Below are positions 1 to 12,297 of a DNA stretch of 64,000 nucleotides, in pieces. This DNA comes from an uncultured candidatus Porisulfidus sp. (GTDB taxonomy: Bacteria; Pseudomonadota; Gammaproteobacteria; Poriferisulfidales; Poriferisulfidaceae). The stretch covers positions 992,001 to 1,056,000 of the forward strand of contig OZ241993.1 in the NCBI GenBank assembly GCA_965204575.1, read 5' to 3'. Below the pieces are notes generated by a model that had not been told where the DNA came from, searched no databases, and worked only from the letters and a program-made list of their open reading frames with translations. A program made the position numbers and the translations under genes. How positions within the stretch are numbered: position 1 is the stretch's first letter; each line of letters begins with the position of its first letter.

Positions 1-1402
1 CGGCCTGCAGCGACCGGCTCTGGATGAGCCCGCCGAGCAGGATGGGCTTGCCGCTCCGGGTGATGGCCAGCGTCGCCATTTCCTGAATAGCGATATTGGG
101 CCGCGCTACGGTGGAGACGCCGGTCTCGAATTCGCTGTGCGAGCGGATCGACGACAGCACCGGGACAACTTCGACCAGGATGGAACCGTCATGGCGCATG
201 CGCGGAGTGACGGCGATGCGGAAGCCAACCCGGATGTGCTCGAATTCGGTAGCAAGGACCGGTTCGCGACTGCCTTCGCCGAGCACCAGGTTGGTGCCGG
301 CGATGAAGCTGATCTCCTCCCCGTCTCCGAGGAAAGTCGTCATGCCGTTGACAACGGTGAAGACCGGGTCGCTGCGGACCGTGACTTGGCCGTGCCGCGA
401 CAGTTGCTGCACCATGGCGTTCAGGCTCCAGCGCCCGAATTCCAGCGCCGCATCGACCTCCCAGGCCCCGCCGGTTCGCACGAAGGACAGGCCGCCGGGC
501 ACGCGGCGGGAGGCGGCGATGCGCCGGTCCACCGAATCGTAGAGCAGGCTCAGGTCTAGCCCGCCGCCGAATCCTTCCTCGCGGGAGACGTCGAGAATGG
601 CAACGGCCATCAGGATCTGCCGCGCACCCCTGCGGGTCTGTTCGGTCAGCCAGGCATCGAGTTCGTGGATGCGCGAGACCGGTCCCCGTGCGCGCAGCAG
701 TCCCAGGCGTTGATCCGCGACCAGCCAGGTTTGAAGGGATGCCCCGGGCGTCGGCGCCGTTCCAGCGTCGGACATCCCCAGGATCGAACGCGCATTGGCG
801 AGCAGGTCTTCCCATGGGGAATCCGTGTGGTCGTAAGTCACCGTCGCGGCCCCCTCCTCGGACCGACTGTCGCCTTCGCCTCCTTCGCCGTCTTTGCTTC
901 CGGCGGAAGAAGACAGCGAGACGGCTTGGCCGACCTTGAGTTTCGCCTGGCCGTGGCTGGCGAACGTGCTGACGTCCCAGGAACGCGTCAGGTAGGACGA
1001 CACGTGCACGATCGGCAATTCAGGGTCCAGTTCCAGCGCGTAGCCGGTCATGCCCTCGAGAATGTCCAGGTACTGTCGAAGGCTGAGATTGTTGACGCGG
1101 ACGCTGTAGCGCTGGCTCAGGTCGATCTCTGGAGCAGCGGGGACGAGGTTCAGGGCTGGGTCGGCCCGGGTCAGGCACTCGGCCAGCGTGACCTCCCTGA
1201 GGTTGAGGGTGACGGACAGGTCGGCGTTTTTCGCGTGCGGTTGCTCGATGCGGACAAACGGGCGAGGCGGGATCGGTGGAGCAGGTGTCGCGGTGGGGGC
1301 ATCCAGCGGTTGCGGGAGATGGATTTCGCCGGGCGAGACTTCCGGCCCGGCGCAGGCACACAGCGCGAGTGCGACCGGGGGCAGTGCAGCGCGTGGGTTC
1401 AC
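1..1402 (-). CDS. Lipoprotein secretin, PilN/MshL-like type IV pilus outer-membrane pore; partial, runs off the window
   Basis: Not in the ORF track; translated by hand. GTG at 1402 overlaps the upstream TGA (GTGA). N-terminus MNPRAALPPVALALCAC is a lipobox; Ser/Gly-rich linker; secretin-type C-terminal motifs (..VGFRIAVTPR.., ..VARPNIAIQEMATLAITRSGKPILLGGLIQ). The frame stays open to base 1. Confidence 0.85.
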   Translation of the reverse strand, partial: MNPRAALPPVALALCACAGPEVSPGEIHLPQPLDAPTATPAPPIPPRPFVRIEQPHAKNADLSVTLNLREVTLAECLTRADPALNLVPAAPEIDLSQRYSVRVNNLSLRQYLDILEGMTGYALELDPELPIVHVSSYLTRSWDVSTFASHGQAKLKVGQAVSLSSSAGSKDGEGGEGDSRSEEGAATVTYDHTDSPWEDLLANARSILGMSDAGTAPTPGASLQTWLVADQRLGLLRARGPVSRIHELDAWLTEQTRRGARQILMAVAILDVSREEGFGGGLDLSLLYDSVDRRIAASRRVPGGLSFVRTGGAWEVDAALEFGRWSLNAMVQQLSRHGQVTVRSDPVFTVVNGMTTFLGDGEEISFIAGTNLVLGEGSREPVLATEFEHIRVGFRIAVTPRMRHDGSILVEVVPVLSSIRSHSEFETGVSTVARPNIAIQEMATLAITRSGKPILLGGLIQSRSLQA

Positions 1403-2169
1403 GGCTGCCCCAGCACGACCAGTTTCTGGTCTTCGAAGACGTGCAGGACGAATTCATCCTGGGCCTGATCTCCGAGTTTTCGGGCCAGTTCGGTCAGGGC
1501 GTCCCACCAGGTCGTCGAGGAAATCAACGAGACCCGGGCTTGCAGAAGGGCGGATGGGACTTCCGGGCGAAGCGTCCAGCCGACGGGGACGATCAGGTCC
1601 AACGCCTCCTGCAGGGTCATGTCTTCGACGAAGATTTCGGCCGGATCGTACAAGCCGGTCGGCAAGGGCAGGTTCATTGCCGCCGGGTCCGGGTCCGGGC
1701 CTTCCATTGCGAGGCTTTGGGCGTCCTCGATTTCAATGGGGGAAGCCTGCCGCTCCAACTGCGCCTGCCATTCTTCGGTCGGCTGGATGATCAGGGTGCG
1801 ATACAGCGGATTGACCTTGAGTTGCCAGGCTCCCCCGGCCAAGACACTCAGAGCTTCCGACAGGTGAATGGGCCCGAGGTCCCGGTGAACTTCAGGCAGC
1901 GGCTGCGGCATCAGGATGGTTTTTGCCCAGTGGCTGCGTTGTTCGTCGAGTCGGTAGCCCGAACGCGTCAGCAGGTGGGCCAGGGCGTCGCCGACGGTGG
2001 CGATTTCCTGCGGAAACCGGATTTGGGCTAGGGTGACCTGGAGAGGGTGGCGTTGCGCATGGCTGCTGCCGGGCATCAGGTAGGCGTAGCGGGCGATGGG
2101 GACAGGATCTTCGGCGGCCGACCCCAGGCCGGGGAAGGCGAGGCAGCAGGCAAGAAAGGTTCCGCGCAT
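1399..2169 (-). CDS. PilL-like type IV pilus protein (ICE-type PilL2-like N-terminal domain, possible TcpQ-like C-terminal domain)
   Basis: Signal peptide, then ARY..AQRHPL..TVGDALAHLLTRSGYRL..PLPEVHRDLGPIHLSEALSVLAGGAWQLKV, the pattern of the ICE PilL family; translationally coupled to the secretin. Confidence 0.7.
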   Translation of the reverse strand: MRGTFLACCLAFPGLGSAAEDPVPIARYAYLMPGSSHAQRHPLQVTLAQIRFPQEIATVGDALAHLLTRSGYRLDEQRSHWAKTILMPQPLPEVHRDLGPIHLSEALSVLAGGAWQLKVNPLYRTLIIQPTEEWQAQLERQASPIEIEDAQSLAMEGPDPDPAAMNLPLPTGLYDPAEIFVEDMTLQEALDLIVPVGWTLRPEVPSALLQARVSLISSTTWWDALTELARKLGDQAQDEFVLHVFEDQKLVVLGQP

Positions 2170-2219
2170 GGACAGGCTCCGGTTGGTCCTGCCACATTAG
2201 GCCAGCGAAGAGGCGAAAT

Positions 2220-2254
2220 CAAGGAAAAATGGTCGGAATTTTCAGACCATTTTT
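2220..2254. repeat. 35-bp palindromic direct repeat, copy 1
   Basis: CAAGGAAAAATGGTCGGAATTTTCAGACCATTTTT; internal dyad AAAAATGGTC-N10-GACCATTTTT; 34/35 identical to 3235-3269. Confidence 0.9.
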
Positions 2255-2301
2255 AACCTTGTTAGATCAATATCTTATGAGATAAAAAATGGTATTGAAT
2301 C

Positions 2302-3165
2302 TTAGTTTCGGGGCGTTTTTCCGAGTTTTGGATAGAGACGCCAGAGCCCGAGGACGAGAATGGCCATCCATGCGACGCCGGTCCAACCGCCGGATGCGTC
2401 GGTGCCGAGCCAGGCGGGGCCGAAGGGGCCGGGATAGGTGAAGAACTGGAAGGACTTAAGGCTGAACACCATGGCAGCATGTGCGCCGATGCAGAACGCC
2501 AGGTTGCCGGTGTGCAGCCGCACGAGGCCGAGGCCGAGACCGATCAGAAGCAGCAAGGACAGGCGGGGCAGTTGCTCCAGCCACTGTTCGGGCATGTCGA
2601 GCGTGGCATTGGCAAGCAGCAGCCACCCTCCGTTCCACTGGTCCGCCAATCCCGAATCGGGTGTCGGGTTGAGGAAGTGGATGCCGGCATAGAACAGGGC
2701 CGAGGCGGTCAGTGGCAGCCAGTAGCCGGAAACCCGGGACAGCAGGAGGCCGCGGAAATACAGTTCTTCCACCGTCGCGACGGCGAGCGCCGCAATCAGG
2801 TATCCGGCCAGCTTGTAGCTCAACTCCAGGCTCCACATCCAGGGATCGAGGAAGCGTGCGTTCATCTCGAGGAGGAACAGCCACAGGGGCACCAGCAGGG
2901 CGGCCGTGAGGGAGAATGCGACCAACCCCTGCACGAGCAGGGATTCGATGCCGCCGCTCAGGCCGAGAGCGTCTCGGGTGACTCGATGCCGTGCCCACAG
3001 TACGAGTACCACGACGGCGACCAGCAGTGCACCGTACTTGACGAGCTTGTGGTGCGGGACCGGCAGCGGCCAAAGCGCATAGACCAGCCCCCATAGGAAG
3101 GCACCCCCCGCCAGTGCAACGAGCAGCAGGAAGGTGTAGGTCCAGAAGCTTCGCACGAGAACCAA
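2302..3165 (-). CDS. CPBP (CAAX protease/Abi) family intramembrane metalloprotease
   Basis: Multi-TM protein with EELYFRG, FYAGIH and AH motifs. Start is TTG 3165 or GTG 3156. Confidence 0.85.
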   Translation of the reverse strand: MVLVRSFWTYTFLLLVALAGGAFLWGLVYALWPLPVPHHKLVKYGALLVAVVVLVLWARHRVTRDALGLSGGIESLLVQGLVAFSLTAALLVPLWLFLLEMNARFLDPWMWSLELSYKLAGYLIAALAVATVEELYFRGLLLSRVSGYWLPLTASALFYAGIHFLNPTPDSGLADQWNGGWLLLANATLDMPEQWLEQLPRLSLLLLIGLGLGLVRLHTGNLAFCIGAHAAMVFSLKSFQFFTYPGPFGPAWLGTDASGGWTGVAWMAILVLGLWRLYPKLGKTPRN

Positions 3166-3234
3166 TTCTCCAATCTTCGGAAACCCATGATTTTAGAGGA
3201 AATGGGGCCGACTACACCAAACCGGCCAAAAAGG

Positions 3235-3269
3235 CAAGGAAAAACGGTCGGAATTTTCAGACCATTTTT
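3235..3269. repeat. 35-bp palindromic direct repeat, copy 2
   Basis: CAAGGAAAAACGGTCGGAATTTTCAGACCATTTTT; one mismatch to 2220-2254. Confidence 0.9.
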
Positions 3270-3381
3270 TCTTGCTTTCTCCCTTGCTTTCGGGCACGCT
3301 TGGGGTTCGAACCGGATGGGCCCGAAAGGTGTTCCGTTCTCGCCCGTCCCGCCGAGGAAAGACTGTCCCAAGGAGGGCTTC

Positions 3382-3750
3382 ATGGACCCGAACGCTCAGA
3401 AATCCGAGCCCGCTTCCGACGCACGCAAGCGGTCCGCCCCGCGTCCGCCCAAATTCGATACAATGCGGGCAGTCGGGAACCTGAAAGAGGCGGAATTCCG
3501 GGAGCAACAGGCCGTGGCCATCGTCGAGACCATCCGGGATGCACAGGTCGAGTTCGCCACGAGGGACGACCTGCATGCCGGGCTGGAAAAACTGGAACTC
3601 GTCCTGCGCGGCGAGATCGGCGAGTTGCGCAGTGAGATACAGGATCAGTTTGCCACGATGTACTGGCGTTTCCTGATCGGTGCCGGCATCGCCGTCAGCA
3701 TCATCGTCGGAATTTTGGGAATCATGATCACTCTCGCAAACGGGACGTGA
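3382..3750 (+). CDS. DUF1640/CCDC90-like coiled-coil membrane-anchored protein
   Basis: AGGAGG RBS at 3371; FDT..L.EA.F.EQQA.AI head, ATRDDL neck, coiled coil and C-terminal TM helix. Confidence 0.75.
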   Translation: MDPNAQKSEPASDARKRSAPRPPKFDTMRAVGNLKEAEFREQQAVAIVETIRDAQVEFATRDDLHAGLEKLELVLRGEIGELRSEIQDQFATMYWRFLIGAGIAVSIIVGILGIMITLANGT

Positions 3751-3840
3751 CATCAAAGGCATCGATACTCTTCCGGTAGGCTTTTCCGGCGGACCCTCCG
3801 CAGACCGGTCGCATTCCTTATACTATTAAGCCGCGACAGG

Positions 3841-3926
3841 GCGAAAGTGGCGGAACTGGTAGACGCGCTGGCTTTAGGTGCCAGTGGGATTATCCCGTGA
3901 GAGTTCGAGTCTCTCCTTTCGCACCA
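3841..3926 (+). tRNA. tRNA-Leu (TAG)
   Basis: Acceptor GCGAAAG/CTTTCGC, anticodon arm CTGGC-TTTAGGT-GCCAG, long variable arm, GTTCGAGT T-loop, 3' CCA. Confidence 0.97.
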
Positions 3927-3949
3927 CGTCCTCCCGCATAACAAGAACC

Positions 3950-5251
3950 ATGGAAACCTCTCTTGAAGTCTTAGGGTCGACGGCGCGCGCCTTGCGCGTC
4001 ACGGTGCCGCAGCAGCAATTCGTCGAACAGGTCGAGAACCGCCTCCGCCAGCTCTCCCGGACCTTGCGCATCAAGGGCTTCCGTCCGGGCAAGGTGCCGG
4101 TGCAGGTGGTCCGGCAGCGCCATCTCCCGCAGGTCTACGGCGAGGTGGTGGAGAAGCTGGCCAACGACTCCCTGCGCGAGGCGCTGGCAGCGGAAAAAGT
4201 GCAGCCGGTGGTCGATCCGCGGGTCACGGTGGAAGAGTACGGCGAAGACCGCCCGATGAAGTACCAGGCCCGGTTCGACGTCTACCCGGAGCTTGCGGAA
4301 TCGAAGGTTTCCGGGCTGACGCTGACCGAACCCGAGGTCGCGGTGGAAGACGCGGAGGTGGAAGAAGGGATGGAACGACTGCGCCGCCAGTCCGTCGACT
4401 GGAAAGCGGTGAAGCGGCCGGCAGCGGCCGGCGACCAGGTGGCGTTCCAGTACGCGACTTGTGGAATGGACGAGACGCTCGCGGAGATCGTCGAGGACAG
4501 CCCGGACATGGCCCTGGTGCTGGAGCCGGGCACGATGCTGGAGGAGTTGCACGAACATCTTGCGGGGATGAGCGCGGGTGACGAGAAATCGGCGCAGGTG
4601 GCCTTTGCGGAACGGGCTGACGGACACCCCCTGTCCGGGCAGACCCGGCAGTTCCGGGTTCGCGTGCAGGAGGTGCGCGAGGCCGTGTTGCCGGACTGGG
4701 AGGATTCGGCGTGGCTCGCACAATGCGGTGGCGCGGGCGCGACGCGCGAGACGATCCGGGATTCCGTGCACGCACACCTGGATTACCGGCGGGTGGAGAT
4801 GCAGCGCGAGTACCTGGTCGGGCAGATCACGCAGGGTCTTGCGGCGGGGAAAGAGCCGGCATTGCCGGTGCCCGAATCGCTTCGGGAATGGTGTTTGTCG
4901 GTACGCGTGAAAGAAATGGGGATCCCGCCGGAGCAGGAGCTGGGCGGGGATCACCCGGTCCACCAGATGGCGCTGTTGGATGCCCGGCGAATCACGGCGT
5001 TTCAAACGTTGCGCGCGTCGAGCGGGGCGGAGCCGACCGAAGAGGACCAGAAGCGGATCGAGGAGGCCTATGCCGGGCAGTTCAAGGATCCGGCGGCGGC
5101 CCGGCGCAATGCGCGGCGGAATCCGGACGTGCGCGGGCACCTGGAACGCGAGGCGGCCTGGGACGTTATCATCCGCTGGGTACTGGAACATGCTACAGTG
5201 AAAAAGGAGCGCATGACGCTGGAACAGCTGGGCGAGCGGACCGGACGATGA
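3950..5251 (+). CDS. tig: Trigger factor (divergent)
   Basis: GFRPGKVP ribosome-binding signature; canonical position between tRNA-Leu and clpP. Confidence 0.92.
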   Translation: METSLEVLGSTARALRVTVPQQQFVEQVENRLRQLSRTLRIKGFRPGKVPVQVVRQRHLPQVYGEVVEKLANDSLREALAAEKVQPVVDPRVTVEEYGEDRPMKYQARFDVYPELAESKVSGLTLTEPEVAVEDAEVEEGMERLRRQSVDWKAVKRPAAAGDQVAFQYATCGMDETLAEIVEDSPDMALVLEPGTMLEELHEHLAGMSAGDEKSAQVAFAERADGHPLSGQTRQFRVRVQEVREAVLPDWEDSAWLAQCGGAGATRETIRDSVHAHLDYRRVEMQREYLVGQITQGLAAGKEPALPVPESLREWCLSVRVKEMGIPPEQELGGDHPVHQMALLDARRITAFQTLRASSGAEPTEEDQKRIEEAYAGQFKDPAAARRNARRNPDVRGHLEREAAWDVIIRWVLEHATVKKERMTLEQLGERTGR

Positions 5252-5874
5252 CGGACATCCAATCCCAATACATCCCCATGGTGGTGGAGCAGAGCGCGCG
5301 CGGCGAGCGTGCGTACGACATCTATTCGCGCCTGCTCAAGGAGCGGGTGGTCTTCATCGTGGGCGGCATCGACGACCACGTGGCCAACCTGGTGGTGGCG
5401 CAGATCCTGTTCCTGGAGTCGGAGAACCCGGACAAGGACATCTCCCTGTACATCAATTCCCCGGGGGGGTCGGTCAGCGCCGGGCTCGCGGTGCACGACA
5501 CGATGCAGTTCTGCCGCCCCGACGTCAGCACCCTGTGCATCGGGCAGGCGGCGAGCATGGGGGCGCTGCTGCTGGCGGCCGGCGCGCCCGGCAAGCGCTA
5601 CGCGCTGCCGCATTCGCGAATCATGATCCATCAGCCGCTGGGCGGCTTCGAGGGGCAGGCCACCGACGTGGACATTCACGCCAAGGAAATCCTGCGGGCC
5701 CGGGAGCAGGTCAACCAGGTGCTGGCGCGGCATACCGGCAAGAAAGTTGATAAAATCCGGCAAGATACGGAGCGCGACCACTTCATGAGCAGCGAGGCCG
5801 CGCAGAAGTACGGGATCGTCGACCAGGTGCTGACCACCCGGACCGAACTGCTGAACAACACGGATTCCGGCTGA
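5248..5874 (+). CDS. clpP: ATP-dependent Clp protease proteolytic subunit
   Basis: [33 protein letters not shown]; ATGA overlap with tig. Confidence 0.98.
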   Translation: MTDIQSQYIPMVVEQSARGERAYDIYSRLLKERVVFIVGGIDDHVANLVVAQILFLESENPDKDISLYINSPGGSVSAGLAVHDTMQFCRPDVSTLCIGQAASMGALLLAAGAPGKRYALPHSRIMIHQPLGGFEGQATDVDIHAKEILRAREQVNQVLARHTGKKVDKIRQDTERDHFMSSEAAQKYGIVDQVLTTRTELLNNTDSG

Positions 5875-5903
5875 CCGGGGCGCGGCACAGGCAGGGCACG
5901 AGC

Positions 5904-7163
5904 ATGGAGAAAGGGAAAGACACGAAGGCGCCGTTGCGGTGCTCGTTCTGCAGGAAGAACCAGCACGAAGTCCGCAAGCTGATTGCCGGGCCGAAGGTCT
6001 ACATCTGCGACGAGTGCGTGGCCCTGTGCAACGAGATCATCCGCGACGAATTGAAGGTGGAGACCGAGCAGCGGCCGGATTCGCTGCCCGGCCCCGAGGA
6101 CATCTACGCTTCGCTCGAAGAGCACGTGGTTGGCCAGGAGCAGGCCAAGAAGGCATTGGCGGTGGCGGTGTACAACCACTACAAGCGGGTCAGTTCCCGG
6201 GCCGACGAGGACGACGACGTCGAGTTGGCGAAGAGCAACATCCTGCTGATCGGCCCGACCGGATCGGGCAAGACGCTGCTTGCGGAAACGCTGGCGAACC
6301 GCCTGAACGTGCCGTTCACGATCGCGGATGCGACCACGCTGACCGAGGCCGGCTACGTGGGCGAGGACGTGGAGAACATCATCCAGAAGCTGCTGCAGAA
6401 GTGCGACTACGACGTACAGCGCGCACAGAACGGGATCGTGTACATCGACGAGATCGACAAGATTTCACGCAAGTCCGACAATCCATCGATCACGCGCGAT
6501 GTCTCGGGCGAGGGCGTGCAGCAGGCGTTGCTCAAGCTGATCGAGGGCACCATCGCCTCGGTGCCGCCGCAGGGTGGCCGCAAGCACCCGCAGCAGGAAT
6601 TCCTGCAGGTCAACACCAGCGACATCCTGTTCATCTGCGGCGGTGCGTTCGCAGGCCTCGACAAGGTGATTCGCTCCCGCACCGAGAAGAGCGGCATCGG
6701 ATTCGGTGCCGAGATCTACAGCCAGGAGACGCGCGATTCCTATGACATCCTGAACCAGGTGCAGCCGGAGGACCTGATTCACTACGGGCTGATCCCGGAG
6801 TTCGTGGGCCGGCTGCCGATGGTGGCGGTCTTGGAGGAGTTGGACGAGGGCATGCTGGTCCGGGTGCTGGTGGAGCCGAAGAACGCGATCACCCGCCAGT
6901 ACAAGAAGCTGTTCTCGATGGAGGGCGTGACGCTGGAGTTCCGCGACAACGCCCTGGAAGCGGTGGCGCGGCAGGCGAAAGAGCGCAAAACCGGCGCCCG
7001 TGGCTTGCGCACCATCCTGGAGACCGTGTTGCTCGACACCATGTACGAATTGCCCTCGTTCGAGGGCGTGGTCCGGGTGGTGATCGACGAGGCCGTGGTC
7101 TTGGGCGACAAGTCGCCGTACCTGATTTACGAGGATCCGGACGTCGAGGAACAACTGGCTTGA
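5904..7163 (+). CDS. clpX: ATP-dependent Clp protease ATP-binding subunit
   Basis: CSFC..CDEC zinc finger, [11 protein letters not shown] loop, [10 protein letters not shown]. Confidence 0.98.
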   Translation: MEKGKDTKAPLRCSFCRKNQHEVRKLIAGPKVYICDECVALCNEIIRDELKVETEQRPDSLPGPEDIYASLEEHVVGQEQAKKALAVAVYNHYKRVSSRADEDDDVELAKSNILLIGPTGSGKTLLAETLANRLNVPFTIADATTLTEAGYVGEDVENIIQKLLQKCDYDVQRAQNGIVYIDEIDKISRKSDNPSITRDVSGEGVQQALLKLIEGTIASVPPQGGRKHPQQEFLQVNTSDILFICGGAFAGLDKVIRSRTEKSGIGFGAEIYSQETRDSYDILNQVQPEDLIHYGLIPEFVGRLPMVAVLEELDEGMLVRVLVEPKNAITRQYKKLFSMEGVTLEFRDNALEAVARQAKERKTGARGLRTILETVLLDTMYELPSFEGVVRVVIDEAVVLGDKSPYLIYEDPDVEEQLA

Positions 7164-7220
7164 GGGCCTTGCCGGAACCGGAACCGGGCCGTGATTTCGG
7201 CCGTCTCGCGCGGGCGGAAG

Positions 7221-7246
7221 TTGAAAATCGGGCTTTTCGCCCTTAT
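7221..7246 (+). promoter_or_regulatory. Putative sigma32 promoter of lon
   Basis: TTGAAA-N13-CCCTTAT, close to the sigma32 consensus, upstream of a heat-shock gene. Confidence 0.65.
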
Positions 7247-7293
7247 GATGCTAGTAGGACCGGGCAGAACCGGTGCATTCGAATAGGAGTCCC

Positions 7294-9741
<2,448 letters not shown>

Positions 9742-9870
9742 GCGGTAGCCCGTCCGTCCTCCCTTTGACTCCGGGCTTTGCCCCGGGATGCCCGGTCAAA
9801 TTTTGGTTATAATGACCCCACTTCAGCCTGACCTGACAATTACCTCACTGAATTTCGGAGAACCAAAACA

Positions 9871-10143
9871 ATGAATAAAAACGATCTCGCATCGGCGATG
9901 GCCGAGGATGCTGGCATCACCAAATCTTCGGCAATCAAGGCACTGGACGCTATGACGAATTCCATCAAGTCTGCGCTCCGTGCAGGCGACAAAGTCAGCA
10001 TCCCTGGATTTGGCACCTTCCAAGCTAAACACCGCTCCGCCCGAATGGGACGGAATCCGGCAACGGGAGAGTCCATACAAATTCCGGCATCCAACAGCCC
10101 TTCTTTTAAGGCGGGCAAGGCCCTGAAAGACGCGCTGAATTAA
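9871..10143 (+). CDS. hupB: DNA-binding protein HU
   Basis: MNKNDL..GFGTF..R.AR.GRNPATG..P.FKAGKALKDALN; follows lon. Confidence 0.95.
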   Translation: MNKNDLASAMAEDAGITKSSAIKALDAMTNSIKSALRAGDKVSIPGFGTFQAKHRSARMGRNPATGESIQIPASNSPSFKAGKALKDALN

Positions 10144-10155
10144 TACTGGCCCCAA

Positions 10156-10231
10156 GGGTGCTTAGCTCAGTTGGTAGAGCGTCGCCCTTACAAGGCGGAT
10201 GTCGGGGGTTCAAGTCCCTCAGCACCCACCA
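10156..10231 (+). tRNA. tRNA-Val (TAC)
   Basis: GGGTGCT/AGCACCC acceptor, anticodon loop CTTACAA, GTTCAAGT, CCA. Confidence 0.97.
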
Positions 10232-10260
10232 TGCCGGTGGCTTTGTCTGTTTTCTGAGGT

Positions 10261-10337
10261 GGAGTGGTAGTTCAGTTGGTTAGAATACCGGCCTGTCACG
10301 CCGGTGGTCGCGGGTTCGAGTCCCGTCCACTCCGCCA
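10261..10337 (+). tRNA. tRNA-Asp (GTC)
   Basis: GGAGTGG/CCACTCC acceptor, loop CTGTCAC, GTTCGAGT, CCA. Confidence 0.97.
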
Positions 10338-10395
10338 GCCGCCGGAAGCCCGCATCCCTCCCACTCCTCTCAGATCCAGCCTGACCCGCTAAAAA

Positions 10396-12258
10396 ATGCT
10401 GCATGTGATTCGAGAACGAGCCACCGGATGGGTGGCTTACTTCATCGTTTTGATCATCAGCATCCCGTTCGCGCTTTGGGGCATCAGCGAATACCTGGGT
10501 TTCGGCGGTGGCGCCGACGTGGCGGAAGTCAACGGCCGCCCGATCCCGATCGAGCGCTACAACGAGCTCTACCAGAACAACCGATCCAGGAATACCCCGC
10601 CACCCGGGGCGGACTCCGAACAGTGGGAACGCGGCCTGAAGCTACGAGTGCTGGACGGGCTGATCGACCAGGTGCTCCTGTTCCAGTACCTTGACGGCGA
10701 GCGGCTCGACGTCACCGACGCGAAGCTGGCGCAAAGCATTCAGGCCATGGATCTGTTCCGGATCGACGGCCATTTCGACGAGGAGCGCTACCAGAAGATC
10801 CTGGAAGTCAACCGGATCACGCCGGCCCGTTTCGAGGCGGACCAGCGCGAACAGATGCGCACGCAGATCGTCGCGCAGATGTTGGCGGACTCGGCACTGG
10901 CGACGGACGCCGAAGTGCGGGAATACCAGGCCTTGAAGGATCAGATCCGGGACATCCGGTATTTCGAAGTCAAGGGAGACCGCTTCTTCGACCCGGAGGC
11001 GGTGACCGAGGAGGAAATCAAGGCAGACTACGAAGAGTCGCAGGACCGCTACATGGCGCCGGAGCGCGTCAAGGTGTCGTACTTGGAACTGCGCCTCGAC
11101 AGCATGGACGACGGGACGCCGTTGAGTGAGGAGGCGGTTGCAGAATATTACGAAGCCCGCGCCCTGGACTTCATGGCGCCGGAGTTGCGCAAACTGCGGC
11201 AGATTTTCCTGAAGGGATCGGGATCGGACGAACAGGCGCAGGCGCTTTACAAACGCCTTCAGGAGGGAGAGGATTTCACCGAGTTGGCTCGGGAGCATTC
11301 CCAGGATGAGCTGAGCCGCTCACGGGGCGGGCAAATCGGCTGGGTGGCGGAAGGGGACCTCCCGGAGGATTTGGCGGCTCTGGTGTTCAGCCTGGATCCC
11401 GGCAAAGTAAGCGAGCCGATCAAGACAGAGCGGGGGATTTACCTGCTGGATGTGCAGGAGTTGGAGGAGGCACGGCTCCGGTCTCTCGAGGAAGTACGCG
11501 ACCAGGTCGTCGAACAGGCCCGGCGTGCCGATCTGGAAGGCCGCTATGCCGCCGCCGCCGAGGAACTCGGCCTGCTGGCCTACGAGAGCCCGGAAAGCCT
11601 CGCCGCGGCCGCGGAGCAATTGGGAATGGAAATCCAGAGCACCGGCTTGGTTCCTCTGACAGCTTTACCGGTGGGAGTGTTGACCCAGGAGGCGGTTGTC
11701 ACGGCTTTACGCAGCGACGAAGTCTTGCGTGGCGGGGTGAACAGCGACCGGATCGACCTGGAGGTCGACTGGTCGATCGTGGTGCGGGTCGACGAGTACG
11801 AGGAAGCCCGGGCGCTCTCGCTTGAGGTGGTGGCGGACCGGATCCGCAACGATCTGGCACGGCAGGCGGCCTGGGCCGCGCTCCTCGCGCATGCATCCGA
11901 ACTCACGGAACGGTTGCGGGAGGAACCCGATATCGAAGCCCTGGCCGAGAGCGACGGGGCCAGACTGGTCATGCGTGCCGGGCTGACCCGGGATGCCGAG
12001 GAGGTTCCGCGGCAGATCGGGGAGAAAGCCTTTTCCCTGTCCCGGCCGGAGGGTTCTCCGTCTGTCGGCATAGCGATCCTGTACGATGGTGTGGCGCTGG
12101 TTGCCGTGGACGCCGTGCATGAGGCGCTCCCGGCGGAGATACGAGAAGAGGATCGCGAGAATCTTCGCGCGCAGATGCGGTTCGACGAGGCGAAGGCCTT
12201 CCGGGCCGCGCTCCTCGCGCAGGCGGAGGTCACCCGCTATCCCGACCGGTTGGAGTAA
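10396..12258 (+). CDS. ppiD: Periplasmic chaperone/PPIase PpiD
   Basis: N-terminal TM anchor, SurA-like N domain, parvulin motif (DFTELAREHSQD..GG.IGW); conserved synteny. Confidence 0.9.
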   Translation: MLHVIRERATGWVAYFIVLIISIPFALWGISEYLGFGGGADVAEVNGRPIPIERYNELYQNNRSRNTPPPGADSEQWERGLKLRVLDGLIDQVLLFQYLDGERLDVTDAKLAQSIQAMDLFRIDGHFDEERYQKILEVNRITPARFEADQREQMRTQIVAQMLADSALATDAEVREYQALKDQIRDIRYFEVKGDRFFDPEAVTEEEIKADYEESQDRYMAPERVKVSYLELRLDSMDDGTPLSEEAVAEYYEARALDFMAPELRKLRQIFLKGSGSDEQAQALYKRLQEGEDFTELAREHSQDELSRSRGGQIGWVAEGDLPEDLAALVFSLDPGKVSEPIKTERGIYLLDVQELEEARLRSLEEVRDQVVEQARRADLEGRYAAAAEELGLLAYESPESLAAAAEQLGMEIQSTGLVPLTALPVGVLTQEAVVTALRSDEVLRGGVNSDRIDLEVDWSIVVRVDEYEEARALSLEVVADRIRNDLARQAAWAALLAHASELTERLREEPDIEALAESDGARLVMRAGLTRDAEEVPRQIGEKAFSLSRPEGSPSVGIAILYDGVALVAVDAVHEALPAEIREEDRENLRAQMRFDEAKAFRAALLAQAEVTRYPDRLE

Positions 12259-12297
12259 GTTTCCGCCTTCACAATCATTAGAACGAGAGGTTCCATC

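Noticed and set aside
96-1790. ORF-track entries in this region (for example 189-815, 665-1468)
   Set aside because: The real gene is the minus-strand secretin frame from 1402, missed because its stop lies outside the window.
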